Of a stretch of 60,737 bases of DNA, positions 24,825 through 34,519 are shown piece by piece. The stretch is from NCBI GenBank assembly GCA_045533115.1, contig JAZSHF010000072.1, forward strand, positions 1 to 60,737, read 5' to 3'. The stretch comes from Eubacteriales bacterium. Lineage in GTDB: Bacteria; Bacillota; Clostridia; Oscillospirales; CAG-272. The notes beneath the pieces are model-generated. The model was not told the DNA's origin. It saw nothing but the letters and a program-made list of their open reading frames with translations, and made no database searches. Numbering within the stretch: position 1 is the first letter of the stretch; every line of letters starts with the position of its first letter. The position numbers were made by a program, and so were the translations under genes.

Positions 24825-25244
24825 TTACTGTCCTATCTTCCCGTTCAGCTTCCTGCTGACCGCCTTGACGGTCAGGCAGACCGTTACCCAAACGACCGCG
24901 TAAACCAAAACGAACACCGCCGTAAATATGCCGAGTGCCTCGATTTGAAACGGGATCCAGCTGTTAACAAGATACGCGCCGACGTAGGTAACGTAAAGAA
25001 GAGAAAGATGCGCTCCCGTCATAAGGAGCGGATAGCGCGTGTCTATCTGATTCAGCACGCTCGCGCCCGCCTGAACGAATGCGATCATATAGGTCGATAC
25101 TATCGCCAAAAGCACCTCACCGCCGTCAAGGGAAAAGCCGCTTTCCGTGTTTTGGAGTACCGCATATATGATGCCCATAATTATCGGCCCGAAGCCGCCG
25201 AACATCATTCCGCGAAGGAAAAATTCCTTTAGATACTTATTCAT
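24825..25244 (-). CDS. DUF3021-like small polytopic membrane protein
   Basis: 139 aa with 4 TM helices. It overlaps by 4 nt an upstream LytTR gene, which is the usual partner arrangement. Confidence 0.65.
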   Translation of the reverse strand: MNKYLKEFFLRGMMFGGFGPIIMGIIYAVLQNTESGFSLDGGEVLLAIVSTYMIAFVQAGASVLNQIDTRYPLLMTGAHLSLLYVTYVGAYLVNSWIPFQIEALGIFTAVFVLVYAVVWVTVCLTVKAVSRKLNGKIGQ

Positions 25245-25672
25245 TTTTTAAGCCCCATCCTTTCCTTGACCTTTTTCAGATTTCGTCTCGAAACGTAGTC
25301 GCGGTAGCCGTTCTTGAATACTACCCCGAGCGTTCCCGAAAAAGAAGCGTCAAACCGTTCGATCATATTGATATTCGCAATACAGGACTGATTTATCCTA
25401 ATAAACGACGGCGGAAGCGTCGGCTCGATATGTGAAAGACGGCTTTTTATGCGGAGTCTTCCATTTTTTGTATGTGCAAAAAGCAGGTCGTTTTCACTGA
25501 CGAAGCACAAGACCTCGTGCTGACTGATCTTAAATATCCCGTCGTCCGAATACCCGACAAGATCGCCGTCCTCACACAGCGCTCTTACAGCTTTGACAAG
25601 CTCGTTTTCTTCCCTTGCGTAAACGATAACCTCGTCTTCCCTTTCACCGTCCAAAATCAAGCTGAATTTCAT
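25241..25672 (-). CDS. LytTR-family DNA-binding domain protein
   Basis: 143 aa with a C-terminal LytTR-like segment (FIRINQSCIANINMIERFD...YVSRR). Confidence 0.75.
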   Translation of the reverse strand: MKFSLILDGEREDEVIVYAREENELVKAVRALCEDGDLVGYSDDGIFKISQHEVLCFVSENDLLFAHTKNGRLRIKSRLSHIEPTLPPSFIRINQSCIANINMIERFDASFSGTLGVVFKNGYRDYVSRRNLKKVKERMGLKK

Positions 25673-25816
25673 TTCATCACCTCAAAATAATTATACACTG
25701 TAAGAAAAGTCTTTGCAATAGAAAACGGTAAACGGCGTTATATCGTCAGAATTCGGCAGGTTCTTGCAAAACGGCGGGATTTGTGTTACTATATAATAAC
25801 GAAAAGAGGTTATAAT

Positions 25817-26734
25817 ATGAGTATCGAAAAATGGCTTAAGAAAAATACCGCTTCCCTCTCGGGCAAAACCGTCGCGGTCACAGGCTCAACGGGCGGACTC
25901 GGTGCTCCGCTTTGCGCCTACCTATCCCGCCTCGGTGCATCACTTATCCTCGTTGACCGTAACAGAAGCCGATCCGAGGCACATGCAAATGAGCTTCGCG
26001 AAAAATACGGTGTGTCGGTCTCTCTCATACAGTGTGATCTTCAAAGCCTCGCATCCGTCGTTTCGGCAACGGGCGAGCTTATAAAAGCAGAGCCGGACAT
26101 TCTTATACACAATGCGGGCGCATACAGTATTCCCCGTGAAATCTGTGACACCGGCTACGGCAACGTTTTTCAAATAAATTTCCTCTCGCCCTACTATATG
26201 ACGAAGGAGCTTCTGCCTGTTCTTCGCAGAAAAAAAGGCAAGGTCGTCGCCGTCGGAAGCATCGCACACAATTATTCAAAGACCGACAAGGACGACATTG
26301 ATTTCGTCACGCGAAAAGCTTCAAGCAAGCTCTACGGAAACGCAAAGCGCTTTCTTATGTTTTCGCTGTATTCCCTTTTTGAAAACGAAAATGATGCTTC
26401 CCTTTCGATCGTACATCCGGGAATCACCTTTACGAACATAACAGCACACTACCCAAAGCTCATTTTCGCAATTATCAAGCACCCGATGAAGATAATATTC
26501 ATGAAGCCGAAAAAGGCGGTGCTTTCACTGCTCAGAGGCGTTTTTGACACAACCGAAAGTAACGAATGGATAGGACCTCGGCTCTTTAATATTTGGGGAT
26601 ATCCGTCAAAAAAGCTCCTTAAAACCTGCAAAAAGGCGGAAAGTCGGTTCATTTACGAGGAAGCTGAAAGAGCTTGTCAAAAAATGTATGAAGAAAAATT
26701 GACTTTTGACCGTGTTTATGATATAATTGTTTAG
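25817..26734 (+). CDS. SDR-family oxidoreductase
   Basis: VTGSTGGLG (TGxxxGxG) and YGNAK (YxxxK). The ATG at 25817 follows AAGAGG. Confidence 0.85.
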   Translation: MSIEKWLKKNTASLSGKTVAVTGSTGGLGAPLCAYLSRLGASLILVDRNRSRSEAHANELREKYGVSVSLIQCDLQSLASVVSATGELIKAEPDILIHNAGAYSIPREICDTGYGNVFQINFLSPYYMTKELLPVLRRKKGKVVAVGSIAHNYSKTDKDDIDFVTRKASSKLYGNAKRFLMFSLYSLFENENDASLSIVHPGITFTNITAHYPKLIFAIIKHPMKIIFMKPKKAVLSLLRGVFDTTESNEWIGPRLFNIWGYPSKKLLKTCKKAESRFIYEEAERACQKMYEEKLTFDRVYDIIV

Positions 26735-26767
26735 TATTTTTTCAAATTAGGATCAACGGAGATCAAT

Positions 26768-28798
26768 ATGTCAAACGAAAAGATAAAATTTAAGGAATGG
26801 GCAAAGAAAGCGATAACGTTCGTAAAAGAGCATCCTATCTTGCTTATAGTGGTTCTCGCGTACTGCGTTACCTTTACAAACGAGGTTCTGAACCGACACT
26901 CCGTCTGGGAAGCGCTCGTTTTTGAATTTACACAGCCGTTTATGTTCTTAACGAATATGTCAATAATAGCCCTTTGCGAATCTCTTGCGCTTTTCTCGAA
27001 GAAGAGAAGCTATTGGTTCTGGACTATATCGCTTATATGGTTCGGTCTCGGACTTACGAACTTTATCGTGCTGTTCAACCGTATAACCCCGTTCAACGCG
27101 ATGGATCTGCTCCTCTTCCCGAGCATACTGCCCATTTTGCCGGTATATCTCGGCTGGGGCGGAGTTATCGCCTGTGCGGCGCTCCTTTTCGGAGCGATAA
27201 TCGGCGTCATCGTCGCTTGGTTCAGAGTCAAGAAGATCAAGGTGAACTTTACGCAAGCGGTAACGACCCTTCTCGCAAACGCAATAATCACGACAGCATT
27301 CGTCGGCGGCGGCTCACTGACGGGAGCTATCCCCGATCACTTCTCCTCACTTCCCCGTGCTTACGAGGCACACGGATTTACGCTTTGCTTCTCCATCAGT
27401 GTCTTTGACCGTGGAGTGACGAAGCCGGAGAACTACAAGAAAACCATTGACCACGTAGTCGCCTTCGTAAAGGGCGACGATACCGATGGCTTTACACAGC
27501 CCGAAAAAACGCCGAATATCATATTCGTCCAGCTCGAATCCTTCTACGATCTCAAGCTTCTTTCCGGATTTGAGTTTTCCGAGGATCCGACCCCCGTCTT
27601 TACGGAGCTGAAAAATAATTTCCCGTCGGGAATTCTGACCGTTCCCTCCATCGGAGCGGGAACCGCAAACACCGAATTTGAGATACTGACGGGAATGTCA
27701 ATGCAGTACTTAGGTTCTGCTGAATACCCCTATAAGACCTTCCTTCAGAACAAAACGACTGAAAGCTTGCCCTTTATTCTTAAAAACTATGGATACGTTT
27801 CTCACGCTATCCACAACTACAAGGGGAACTTCTACGACAGGCACAAGGCATTCTCCACGCTCGGCTTCGACACCTTCACCTCCAAGGAATATATGGATCT
27901 GCTCGGTGAAAACGTAGCAGGCTGGGAGCAGGACGCAGTCCTTCTCGGATGTGTTATTGATGCGCTGGATTCGACCGAAGGACCCGATTTCATTCAGTGT
28001 ATAACGGTTCAAGGACACGGAAAATATCCTGTTGATGCTTACCCCGGAGAACGCGGCGAGAGAATTACAGTCGAAGCATTGCCCGACGGCGCAAACAAGC
28101 ACGCCTATACCTACTTTGCAAATCAGCTTTACGACACCGATAAATTTATCGGCGATCTCGTCACCGCAATAGAGGAGTTTGGCGAGGAAACTGTCATTGT
28201 CTTCTACAGCGACCATATCCCAAATATAGGCTTTGAAGAAAGCTGGGTTCCCAAGGGAATGAACCTTTACAATACCGAGTACGTTATCTGGCACAACGGC
28301 GGTGTCTTTAGCGAGAACAAGGATATCGCATCATATCAGCTTTATTCCGACGTTCTTAATATGCTCGACATCGAGGGCGGAATCATCACAAAGCTTCACG
28401 AAAAGCGCGATCAGCTTTCAAATGAGGATTACAATCATTATCTGCACTGCCTGATGTATGACATAGTCGAGGACGACGCCAGACATTCCTACGATGGAAA
28501 GCTTCCCTTCAAGGCGACCGACCTTCAGATGGGCGTTCTTGAAATAACGGTTACCGATGTATACGTATTCGGAGATCATACCTACGTAAAGGGGACGGGC
28601 TTCACAAAGGCAAGCGAGATATTCGTCAACGGCTCACACGAGGATACCGAGTATATCGACGATAACACACTGATCCTTTCGGGCGTAAAGCTTGATGACG
28701 GCGACAAGATCAAGGTCTCGCAGATCGCAGACTTCTTAAGCCCCCCGCTAAGCTCAACAAGCAGCTTCACCTTCCGCGAAACACTAATTGAAGAATAA
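26768..28798 (+). CDS. LTA synthase/sulfatase-family membrane protein (phosphoglycerol-transferase-like)
   Basis: 676 aa. It has N-terminal TM helices and an extracellular alkaline-phosphatase-superfamily domain (VQLESF, GTANTEFEILTG, YSDH). Confidence 0.8.
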   Translation: MSNEKIKFKEWAKKAITFVKEHPILLIVVLAYCVTFTNEVLNRHSVWEALVFEFTQPFMFLTNMSIIALCESLALFSKKRSYWFWTISLIWFGLGLTNFIVLFNRITPFNAMDLLLFPSILPILPVYLGWGGVIACAALLFGAIIGVIVAWFRVKKIKVNFTQAVTTLLANAIITTAFVGGGSLTGAIPDHFSSLPRAYEAHGFTLCFSISVFDRGVTKPENYKKTIDHVVAFVKGDDTDGFTQPEKTPNIIFVQLESFYDLKLLSGFEFSEDPTPVFTELKNNFPSGILTVPSIGAGTANTEFEILTGMSMQYLGSAEYPYKTFLQNKTTESLPFILKNYGYVSHAIHNYKGNFYDRHKAFSTLGFDTFTSKEYMDLLGENVAGWEQDAVLLGCVIDALDSTEGPDFIQCITVQGHGKYPVDAYPGERGERITVEALPDGANKHAYTYFANQLYDTDKFIGDLVTAIEEFGEETVIVFYSDHIPNIGFEESWVPKGMNLYNTEYVIWHNGGVFSENKDIASYQLYSDVLNMLDIEGGIITKLHEKRDQLSNEDYNHYLHCLMYDIVEDDARHSYDGKLPFKATDLQMGVLEITVTDVYVFGDHTYVKGTGFTKASEIFVNGSHEDTEYIDDNTLILSGVKLDDGDKIKVSQIADFLSPPLSSTSSFTFRETLIEE

Positions 28799-28881
28799 GC
28801 AATTACCTGTGCAAAAGTTTAGATGACGTTAAAAGGACGAAGAGTATTAAAGCTCTTCGTCCTTTAATTTTGTCACTGCTC

Positions 28882-29577
28882 TTATTCTTCAGTATTGATT
28901 TTCAAAAGCTCGCAGGGATCGACGTTGTCGTTATTCAGAATAACCTCAAAGTGAAGATGCGCCTCGTCTGCGATCTCTATGATCGCGCTTTCGCCTATGC
29001 TGCCGATAACGGTACCTTCAGTTATCTCCTTACCCGCCTTGATGCCCGAAGCAAGCTCGGAAGAGAGATTCTTGTAAACCGAAATGAGTCCGTCTCCGTG
29101 GTCGATCGTCACCGTCGTTCCCATAAAAGGATCGTTCCCGACCTCGGAAATGATGCCGTCGGCAATAGCAACGACCTCAGAACCAAGCTCTGCCTCAATG
29201 TCGATACCGCAGTGAACGCGGTAATCGTTCATTGTTACAGAATAAACGGCGTGAAGAAGATCGTGCTCCTTTATGACCGTACCGCTCACAGGCAGCGTGA
29301 GTGTTTCGTTATACCAATCCTTTTGAGGCTTGACGGTCGGCTTTTCGTCCGTCACGGGCGGATCGGTATTAACGGGCGGATCGGTCACTATCGGAGCGTT
29401 CGTTGACGGCGGAAGCGTCGGCGTACCCTCGGTAGTAAGCGGCAGCTTTGTCTTCCCCGCTTCCTTTGAGCTTCCGAAAAAGGTGTACATGGTAACGCAT
29501 AGCACCGTTACCGCCATAAGGGTAAGTCCAATGTATACGACTCGCCCGATCAGGGTTCTTTTTTGACTGTAATTCAC
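28882..29577 (-). CDS. M23/LytM-family peptidase with an N-terminal membrane anchor
   Basis: HCGIDI and HLHFEV motifs, with a Pro/Thr-rich linker after the TM helix. Confidence 0.85.
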   Translation of the reverse strand: MNYSQKRTLIGRVVYIGLTLMAVTVLCVTMYTFFGSSKEAGKTKLPLTTEGTPTLPPSTNAPIVTDPPVNTDPPVTDEKPTVKPQKDWYNETLTLPVSGTVIKEHDLLHAVYSVTMNDYRVHCGIDIEAELGSEVVAIADGIISEVGNDPFMGTTVTIDHGDGLISVYKNLSSELASGIKAGKEITEGTVIGSIGESAIIEIADEAHLHFEVILNNDNVDPCELLKINTEE

Positions 29578-29686
29578 AATAAAATCTTCCTTTCAAGATA
29601 TTTTTTGCCCTACCGATATTTTTACCGACTTCGGTCGTTTTATTCAAAAAGACAAAAATATGCAGAAAAGAAAAACCGACGGTTTC

Positions 29687-29919
29687 GTATCGCGTCCGAG
29701 GGACGCGATACAACTATGATCGCCTGCGGCGAGCTATGAATTATGATACGATTCGCGCAGTTATGAGTTGCCTGCGGCAACGTTTAAGTTTGAATGCGAT
29801 CATATCATAACGCTTGCGCCGGGGTTCCCCGAAACGAACAACGTGAGTTTTGTGGGTTCGCGACAAAGCCAGGCTCATAACATTTTGCGGAGCAAAATTC
29901 ATAACTGATAACTATACAA
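29687..29919. repeat. Mosaic hairpin-repeat patch flanked by a 16-bp direct duplication
   Basis: Contains gtatcgcgtcc-gag-ggacgcgatac, tcgcctgcggcga, ttgcctgcggcaa and a variant of the ggggttcccc...gggttcgcg module. It is flanked by aaaaaccgacggtttc at 29671-29686 and 29920-29935. Confidence 0.7.
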
Positions 29920-29944
29920 AAAAACCGACGGTTTCCCGTCGGTT
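29918..29944 (-). terminator. Terminator of the PfkB-family kinase gene
   Basis: The minus strand reads aaccgacgg-gaaa-ccgtcggtt followed by a U-run. Confidence 0.8.
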
Positions 29945-29957
29945 CTGATAGTTCATT

Positions 29958-30887
29958 TTACTTTTCGTTTATATTGATAAGTTCGTAGATTTCCTTTATC
30001 TTTTGGGGCACGGGCGGATTCGTTCCCGGCTCAAGACAGCAAGCCGTTCCGTAAGCACACGCCATCTTGACGGTATGCTCAAGCGTCGGACTCTCGGAAT
30101 ATCCCGCAATAAATCCCGCAACGGTGCTGTCGCCCGCACCGACTGTCGAAAGGCTGGCAATTTTCGGAATCTCAACGATACATTTTCCAAGCTCACCGCA
30201 ATAAACGGCTCCGCGATCTCCCATAGATATCATAACGTGCTTGATTCCGCCGCAGTAAAGCTCTTCCGCCGCCTTAAGCGCAACTTCCTTCTCATGACAG
30301 GAGTATCCTACAAGTTCCTCAACCTCTTTTTCGTTTGGCTTGATAAACCAAGGCGCGATCTTTAGAATATCCAAAAGACCTATCGATTTCGTATCAAGAA
30401 CAACCTTATCGGTTATAGTCTTCAGTTCTTCGATGAATTTAACAGTATATTCGGTCGATATGCCCTCGGGGAAGCGTCCGCAACAGGCGATGATATCGTC
30501 CGGCGCAACCTCTTCCTTGAGAGAAGCGAGAATATAATCAAGTGTTTCGGAATTGGCAGAAAAATTATTCATAACGATGCGGGTTTCGTTTCCGTCGCCA
30601 TCGGTAAGAGTAACGTTTTCTCTCATTCTGCCCTCGGTATAGAATAGACGAGTCGGTATCTGCGCCGCTGTCATTCCCTCAATAAAGGGCTGGCAGTTCT
30701 CGTGGCCGAGAAGAAGATAAGCTCTTGTATCAAATCCGCATCCGAGAAGCGCACGCGAAACGTTTACGCCCTTGCCGCCTGTAAAGACCGAAACGCCCGA
30801 CGCCCGATTTTCCTCACGCAAAGTAAGATACGGCACGGAATAGAATATGTCGTAAACGGGATTCAGCGTTATGGTAAAAATCTTCAT
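29958..30887 (-). CDS. PfkB-family hexose-phosphate kinase (1-phosphofructokinase/tagatose-6-P kinase type)
   Basis: 309 aa with GGKGVNV and VGAGDSTVAGF motifs. Confidence 0.85.
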   Translation of the reverse strand: MKIFTITLNPVYDIFYSVPYLTLREENRASGVSVFTGGKGVNVSRALLGCGFDTRAYLLLGHENCQPFIEGMTAAQIPTRLFYTEGRMRENVTLTDGDGNETRIVMNNFSANSETLDYILASLKEEVAPDDIIACCGRFPEGISTEYTVKFIEELKTITDKVVLDTKSIGLLDILKIAPWFIKPNEKEVEELVGYSCHEKEVALKAAEELYCGGIKHVMISMGDRGAVYCGELGKCIVEIPKIASLSTVGAGDSTVAGFIAGYSESPTLEHTVKMACAYGTACCLEPGTNPPVPQKIKEIYELININEK

Positions 30888-30903
30888 ATAACGATCCTTT
30901 TCG

Positions 30904-31569
30904 TTAAATTACGGAATCGGTGATCTTCTGAACTACCGAAAGATTGTATAGTGACACGTTTGACGGGCAAGGCAGACCGATAGTGCTCTTTCCCGTTATT
31001 GTACGGAAAATAATGCACGCGGCAAGATAGCTTCCCGTGCTTGACGGATGATAACCGTCGTTTTCGTTGATGAGCTTTGTTATATATTCGGCTTTCTTTA
31101 CGTGTGCAAACGTTTCTCCGACAGGGGCAACGGTCGCGCCGCTCTCAGAAGCGGCTCTGTCATAAGCCGATTTGAGCTTCGATGCCATCTCGCCGTAGGT
31201 CATACCCGTACTCATAAGCTTTTCGCTTCCGTCGGCATACGCCCAGGTCTGATAAAGAACAACCTTAGCGCCCACCTGAGAAATAATACGCGACAACGTC
31301 TTGACCGCGTTTACAAATGACTTCTCGTCATTACAGGGGAGCAGGCTCTGCTCCTGAAGAACGACGTAGTCCCACTCGTACGATACTATCTTGCTGATGA
31401 CAAGACGCCCAACCTCGGTCGTTTCGTCGCAGTACTGCGAAAGAGTATATCCGCCGTAAGCGATCGACTCAATGCGCGACTCGGGTTCTAACGTCTTCGC
31501 CATATTGAGAAAGGTGTATGGCAAATCGTTAAAATACGTAAAGCTGTTGCCAATAAACAATACCTGCAT
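30904..31569 (-). CDS. SGNH/GDSL-like hydrolase family protein
   Basis: FIGNSFTY near the N-terminus and DGYHPS near the C-terminus. The ATG at 31569 is 7 nt from GAGG. Confidence 0.65.
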   Translation of the reverse strand: MQVLFIGNSFTYFNDLPYTFLNMAKTLEPESRIESIAYGGYTLSQYCDETTEVGRLVISKIVSYEWDYVVLQEQSLLPCNDEKSFVNAVKTLSRIISQVGAKVVLYQTWAYADGSEKLMSTGMTYGEMASKLKSAYDRAASESGATVAPVGETFAHVKKAEYITKLINENDGYHPSSTGSYLAACIIFRTITGKSTIGLPCPSNVSLYNLSVVQKITDSVI

Positions 31570-31767
31570 AATCATACCTCATTGTGTCCAAAACCGCTTG
31601 TACAACTATGGAAATATAGTCCACATAATATAACATATTTTAACATAACGACACAAAAAAGTCAATAAGATTAGCTCTATTTTATGCAATTATTTGCTCT
31701 CCCTCAGAAAAAAGCATTATTTACACATTTTCTCCGAATCACAGACCTCATTTTGTCAATATCACAG

Positions 31768-31796
31768 TTGACAAAACCGCAGTTTTTCAATATAAT
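31768..31796 (+). promoter_or_regulatory. Sigma-A-type promoter of the aspartate kinase gene
   Basis: TTGACA-17 nt-TATAAT. The leader is only about 45 nt. Confidence 0.75.
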
Positions 31797-31847
31797 AGTA
31801 TATTATATGACAAATACTGTGTACAATCACACGCAAGGAGAAAATAA

Positions 31848-33173
31848 GTGAGCAATAACACCGTAAAGACAGTTAAATTCGGGGGCAGCTCGCTCGCAAG
31901 TGCTGAGCAGTTCCGCAAGGTTCGCGATATTATTTTTGCAGATAAAGACCGCCGCTACGTCGTTCCCTCCGCGCCCGGAAAGCGCTTCAAGGATGATACG
32001 AAGGTAACCGATATGCTCTACGCCTGCTATGAGGCGGCGTCGAAGGGCGAGGATATCAAGGACATTTTCGGAAAGATCAAGGAGCGCTATAACAGCATCA
32101 TTTCCGAGCTCGGTCTTGACCTTTCTCTTGAAAACGAATACAACGAGATCGAGGGCGCGCTAATCCACCGTACAGGCCGTGACTATGCAGCGTCGAGAGG
32201 CGAGTACCTCAACGGTAAGATTCTCGCCGCTTACCTCGGCTTTGATTTCATCGACGCATCGGAGGTCATCTTCTTCCGTCAGAACGGAACCTTTGATGAC
32301 GAAAAGACGAACGACGTCCTTTCCGCGGTCCTCAAGCGCCACGAATACGCCGTTATCCCCGGCTTCTACGGCGTAATGCCTAACGACACGATAAAGACCT
32401 TCTCGCGCGGCGGCTCGGATATTACCGGCTCGATCGTAGCGAGAGCGTCGCAGTCGAGCATATATGAAAACTGGACCGACGTTTCGGGCTTCCTTATGGC
32501 AGACCCGAGAATAGTTGACAACCCCAATCCTATCGAGCTCGTAACCTACCGCGAGCTTCGCGAGCTTTCCTATATGGGCGCAACGGTTCTTCACGAGGAC
32601 GCTATCTTCCCCGTCCGCGTTGCGGGAATACCGATAAATATTAAGAACACCAATATCCCGAACGACAAAGGAACGATGATAGTTTCACACTGTCCCCCCG
32701 ACGGTAACGGCTATATCACCGGAATTGCCGGCAAAAAGGGCTTCAGCGTTATCACGATCGAAAAGGATATGATGAACAGCGAAAAGGGCTTCGGACGCCG
32801 CGTTCTTCAGGTTCTTGAAAGCTGTGATCTCAGCTTCGAGCATCTGCCTTCGGGTATCGACACGATGTCGGTCGTCGTCAATACCGCAGAGCTTGAGTCG
32901 ATGCGCGATCTCGTGATCAGCAATATCTGCACAGCAGTCGATCCCGACTCTATCTCGGTCGAGGATAACCTCGCGCTTATCGCCGTCGTCGGACGTAACA
33001 TGGCGAAGGCAAAGGGAACGGCGGCAAGAGTATGTCACGCCGTTGCAAGAGCAGACATAAACATTCGTATGATCGACCAGGGATCCGACGAGATCAATAT
33101 CGTCCTCGGCGTAAACGAGGAGGATTACGAGGAAGCTATCCGCGCGATCTACGCAAGATTCGTTCAGCAGTAA
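31848..33173 (+). CDS. Aspartate kinase
   Basis: 441 aa with a GTG start after AAGGAG. It has VKFGGSSL and C-terminal ACT-like repeats. Confidence 0.9.
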   Translation: MSNNTVKTVKFGGSSLASAEQFRKVRDIIFADKDRRYVVPSAPGKRFKDDTKVTDMLYACYEAASKGEDIKDIFGKIKERYNSIISELGLDLSLENEYNEIEGALIHRTGRDYAASRGEYLNGKILAAYLGFDFIDASEVIFFRQNGTFDDEKTNDVLSAVLKRHEYAVIPGFYGVMPNDTIKTFSRGGSDITGSIVARASQSSIYENWTDVSGFLMADPRIVDNPNPIELVTYRELRELSYMGATVLHEDAIFPVRVAGIPINIKNTNIPNDKGTMIVSHCPPDGNGYITGIAGKKGFSVITIEKDMMNSEKGFGRRVLQVLESCDLSFEHLPSGIDTMSVVVNTAELESMRDLVISNICTAVDPDSISVEDNLALIAVVGRNMAKAKGTAARVCHAVARADINIRMIDQGSDEINIVLGVNEEDYEEAIRAIYARFVQQ

Positions 33174-33181
33174 AAACTATG

Positions 33182-33212
33182 AAAAGTGCCGATAACGGCA
33201 CTTTTCTTTTTT
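33182..33212 (+). terminator. Rho-independent terminator
   Basis: aaaagtgccg-ataa-cggcactttt followed by ctttttt. Confidence 0.85.
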
Positions 33213-33221
33213 CCCCCGCTA

Positions 33222-33250
33222 TTGACATAAAAGCCCTGAAAAGGTATAAT
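33222..33250 (+). promoter_or_regulatory. Sigma-A-type promoter
   Basis: TTGACA-17 nt-TATAAT. Confidence 0.75.
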
Positions 33251-33283
33251 TATAGGGTATATTACGCTAAAAGGAGCAATTTT

Positions 33284-34519
33284 ATGAAAAAAACGGTTCT
33301 TAAAAAATATGCAAAGCTTATAGTCGAAAAAGGCGTTGCAGTTAAGCGCGGTCAGGAAGTCATAGTTGTTGCCGAGCTTGACCAGCCCGAATTCGTGACG
33401 ATGGTTGTAGACGCCGCATATAAGGCAGGCGCATCGAAGGTAACGGTTGAATGGAACCATCAGCCGCTTACAAAGATTCATACCCGCGGCCGTTCGCTTA
33501 AAGTGATGAGCAAGGTCGAGGATTGGGAAAAGGCAAAGATGGAAAGACGCGCTGAAGTTCTTCCCTGCATGATCTACCTTATGTCTGAGGATCCCGACGG
33601 TCTTAACGGTATCAACTTCAAGAAGATGGCAAAGAGCGCGCAAGCGAGAATGAAGGTCATCAAGCCGATACGCGACAAAATGGAAAACAAGTATCAGTGG
33701 GTCATCGCCGCCGTTCCCGGCAAGGCGTGGGCTAAAAAGCTCTTCCCCGAGCTTCGTCCTGCGGCTGCTGTTGAAAAGCTTTGGGAGGTTATCCTCAAAT
33801 GTGCAAGAGCCGATGGAGACGATCCCTGCGCCGATTGGGACGCTCACAATGCAAATCTCGCCGCAAAGTGCGAGTATATCAACGCTCTCGGCCTTACCGA
33901 CGTTACTATCAAGTCCGGAAACGGAACAAACCTAACAGTAGGTCTCATTCCCGACGCGGTATTCATGGGCGGAAGCGAAGCGGCTCTCGGAAGCGGCATC
34001 GTATATAACCCCAATATGCCGAGCGAAGAGGTATTCGTAACTCCTAAAAAGGGTGCGGCAGACGGTATCGTTTATTCGACCAAGCCCTTCTCTTACAACG
34101 GTCAGGTAATTAACAGCTTCTACGTTAAGTTTGAAAACGGTAAGGCGGTTGAGATCAAGGCAGACAACGACCGTCAAACCGAGCTTCTTAACCAGATGAT
34201 CTCGATGGACGAGGGTGCGGCATACCTCGGAGAAGTCGCGCTCGTTCCCTATTCCTCCCCCATCAATCAGTCGGGCGTGCTCTTCTTCAACACTCTCTTT
34301 GACGAGAACGCCGCTTGCCACCTTGCTCTCGGTCGCGGTTTCTCAAACTGCCTCAAGGACTACGAAAAGTATTCTCACGAGGAAGCGAAGGAAGCAGGCA
34401 TAAACGACTCGATGATACACGAGGACTTTATGATCGGCGCTATCGATACCACAATCACGGGTACCGATAAGAACGGCAAGACCGTTACGATATTCGAAAA
34501 CGGCGAGTGGGCGTTTTAA
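33284..34519 (+). CDS. M29-family aminopeptidase (AmpS/PepS-like)
   Basis: The ATG at 33284 follows AAGGAG. Motifs are FFNTLFDENAACHLALG and HEDFMIG. The longer track ORF (33032) would overlap the aspartate kinase gene. Confidence 0.85.
   Translation: MKKTVLKKYAKLIVEKGVAVKRGQEVIVVAELDQPEFVTMVVDAAYKAGASKVTVEWNHQPLTKIHTRGRSLKVMSKVEDWEKAKMERRAEVLPCMIYLMSEDPDGLNGINFKKMAKSAQARMKVIKPIRDKMENKYQWVIAAVPGKAWAKKLFPELRPAAAVEKLWEVILKCARADGDDPCADWDAHNANLAAKCEYINALGLTDVTIKSGNGTNLTVGLIPDAVFMGGSEAALGSGIVYNPNMPSEEVFVTPKKGAADGIVYSTKPFSYNGQVINSFYVKFENGKAVEIKADNDRQTELLNQMISMDEGAAYLGEVALVPYSSPINQSGVLFFNTLFDENAACHLALGRGFSNCLKDYEKYSHEEAKEAGINDSMIHEDFMIGAIDTTITGTDKNGKTVTIFENGEWAF

Noticed and set aside
31576-31847. 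A possible lysine, threonine or T-box-type riboswitch upstream of aspartate kinase, and similarly upstream of thrC.
   Set aside because: The consensus promoter at 31768-31796 leaves only a ~45-nt unstructured leader. thrC starts 32 nt after the preceding gene. Neither has room or a visible conserved structure for a riboswitch.
33032-33283. N-terminal extensions of track ORFs: 33032 (aminopeptidase), 53805 (DUF1540 gene), 56012 (thrC), 60651 (zinc-ribbon protein), 48517, 51321, 41573 and 41101.
   Set aside because: The extensions overlap neighbouring genes or intergenic terminators and lack SDs. Internal ATGs with good GGAGG-type SDs give N-termini typical of the families.
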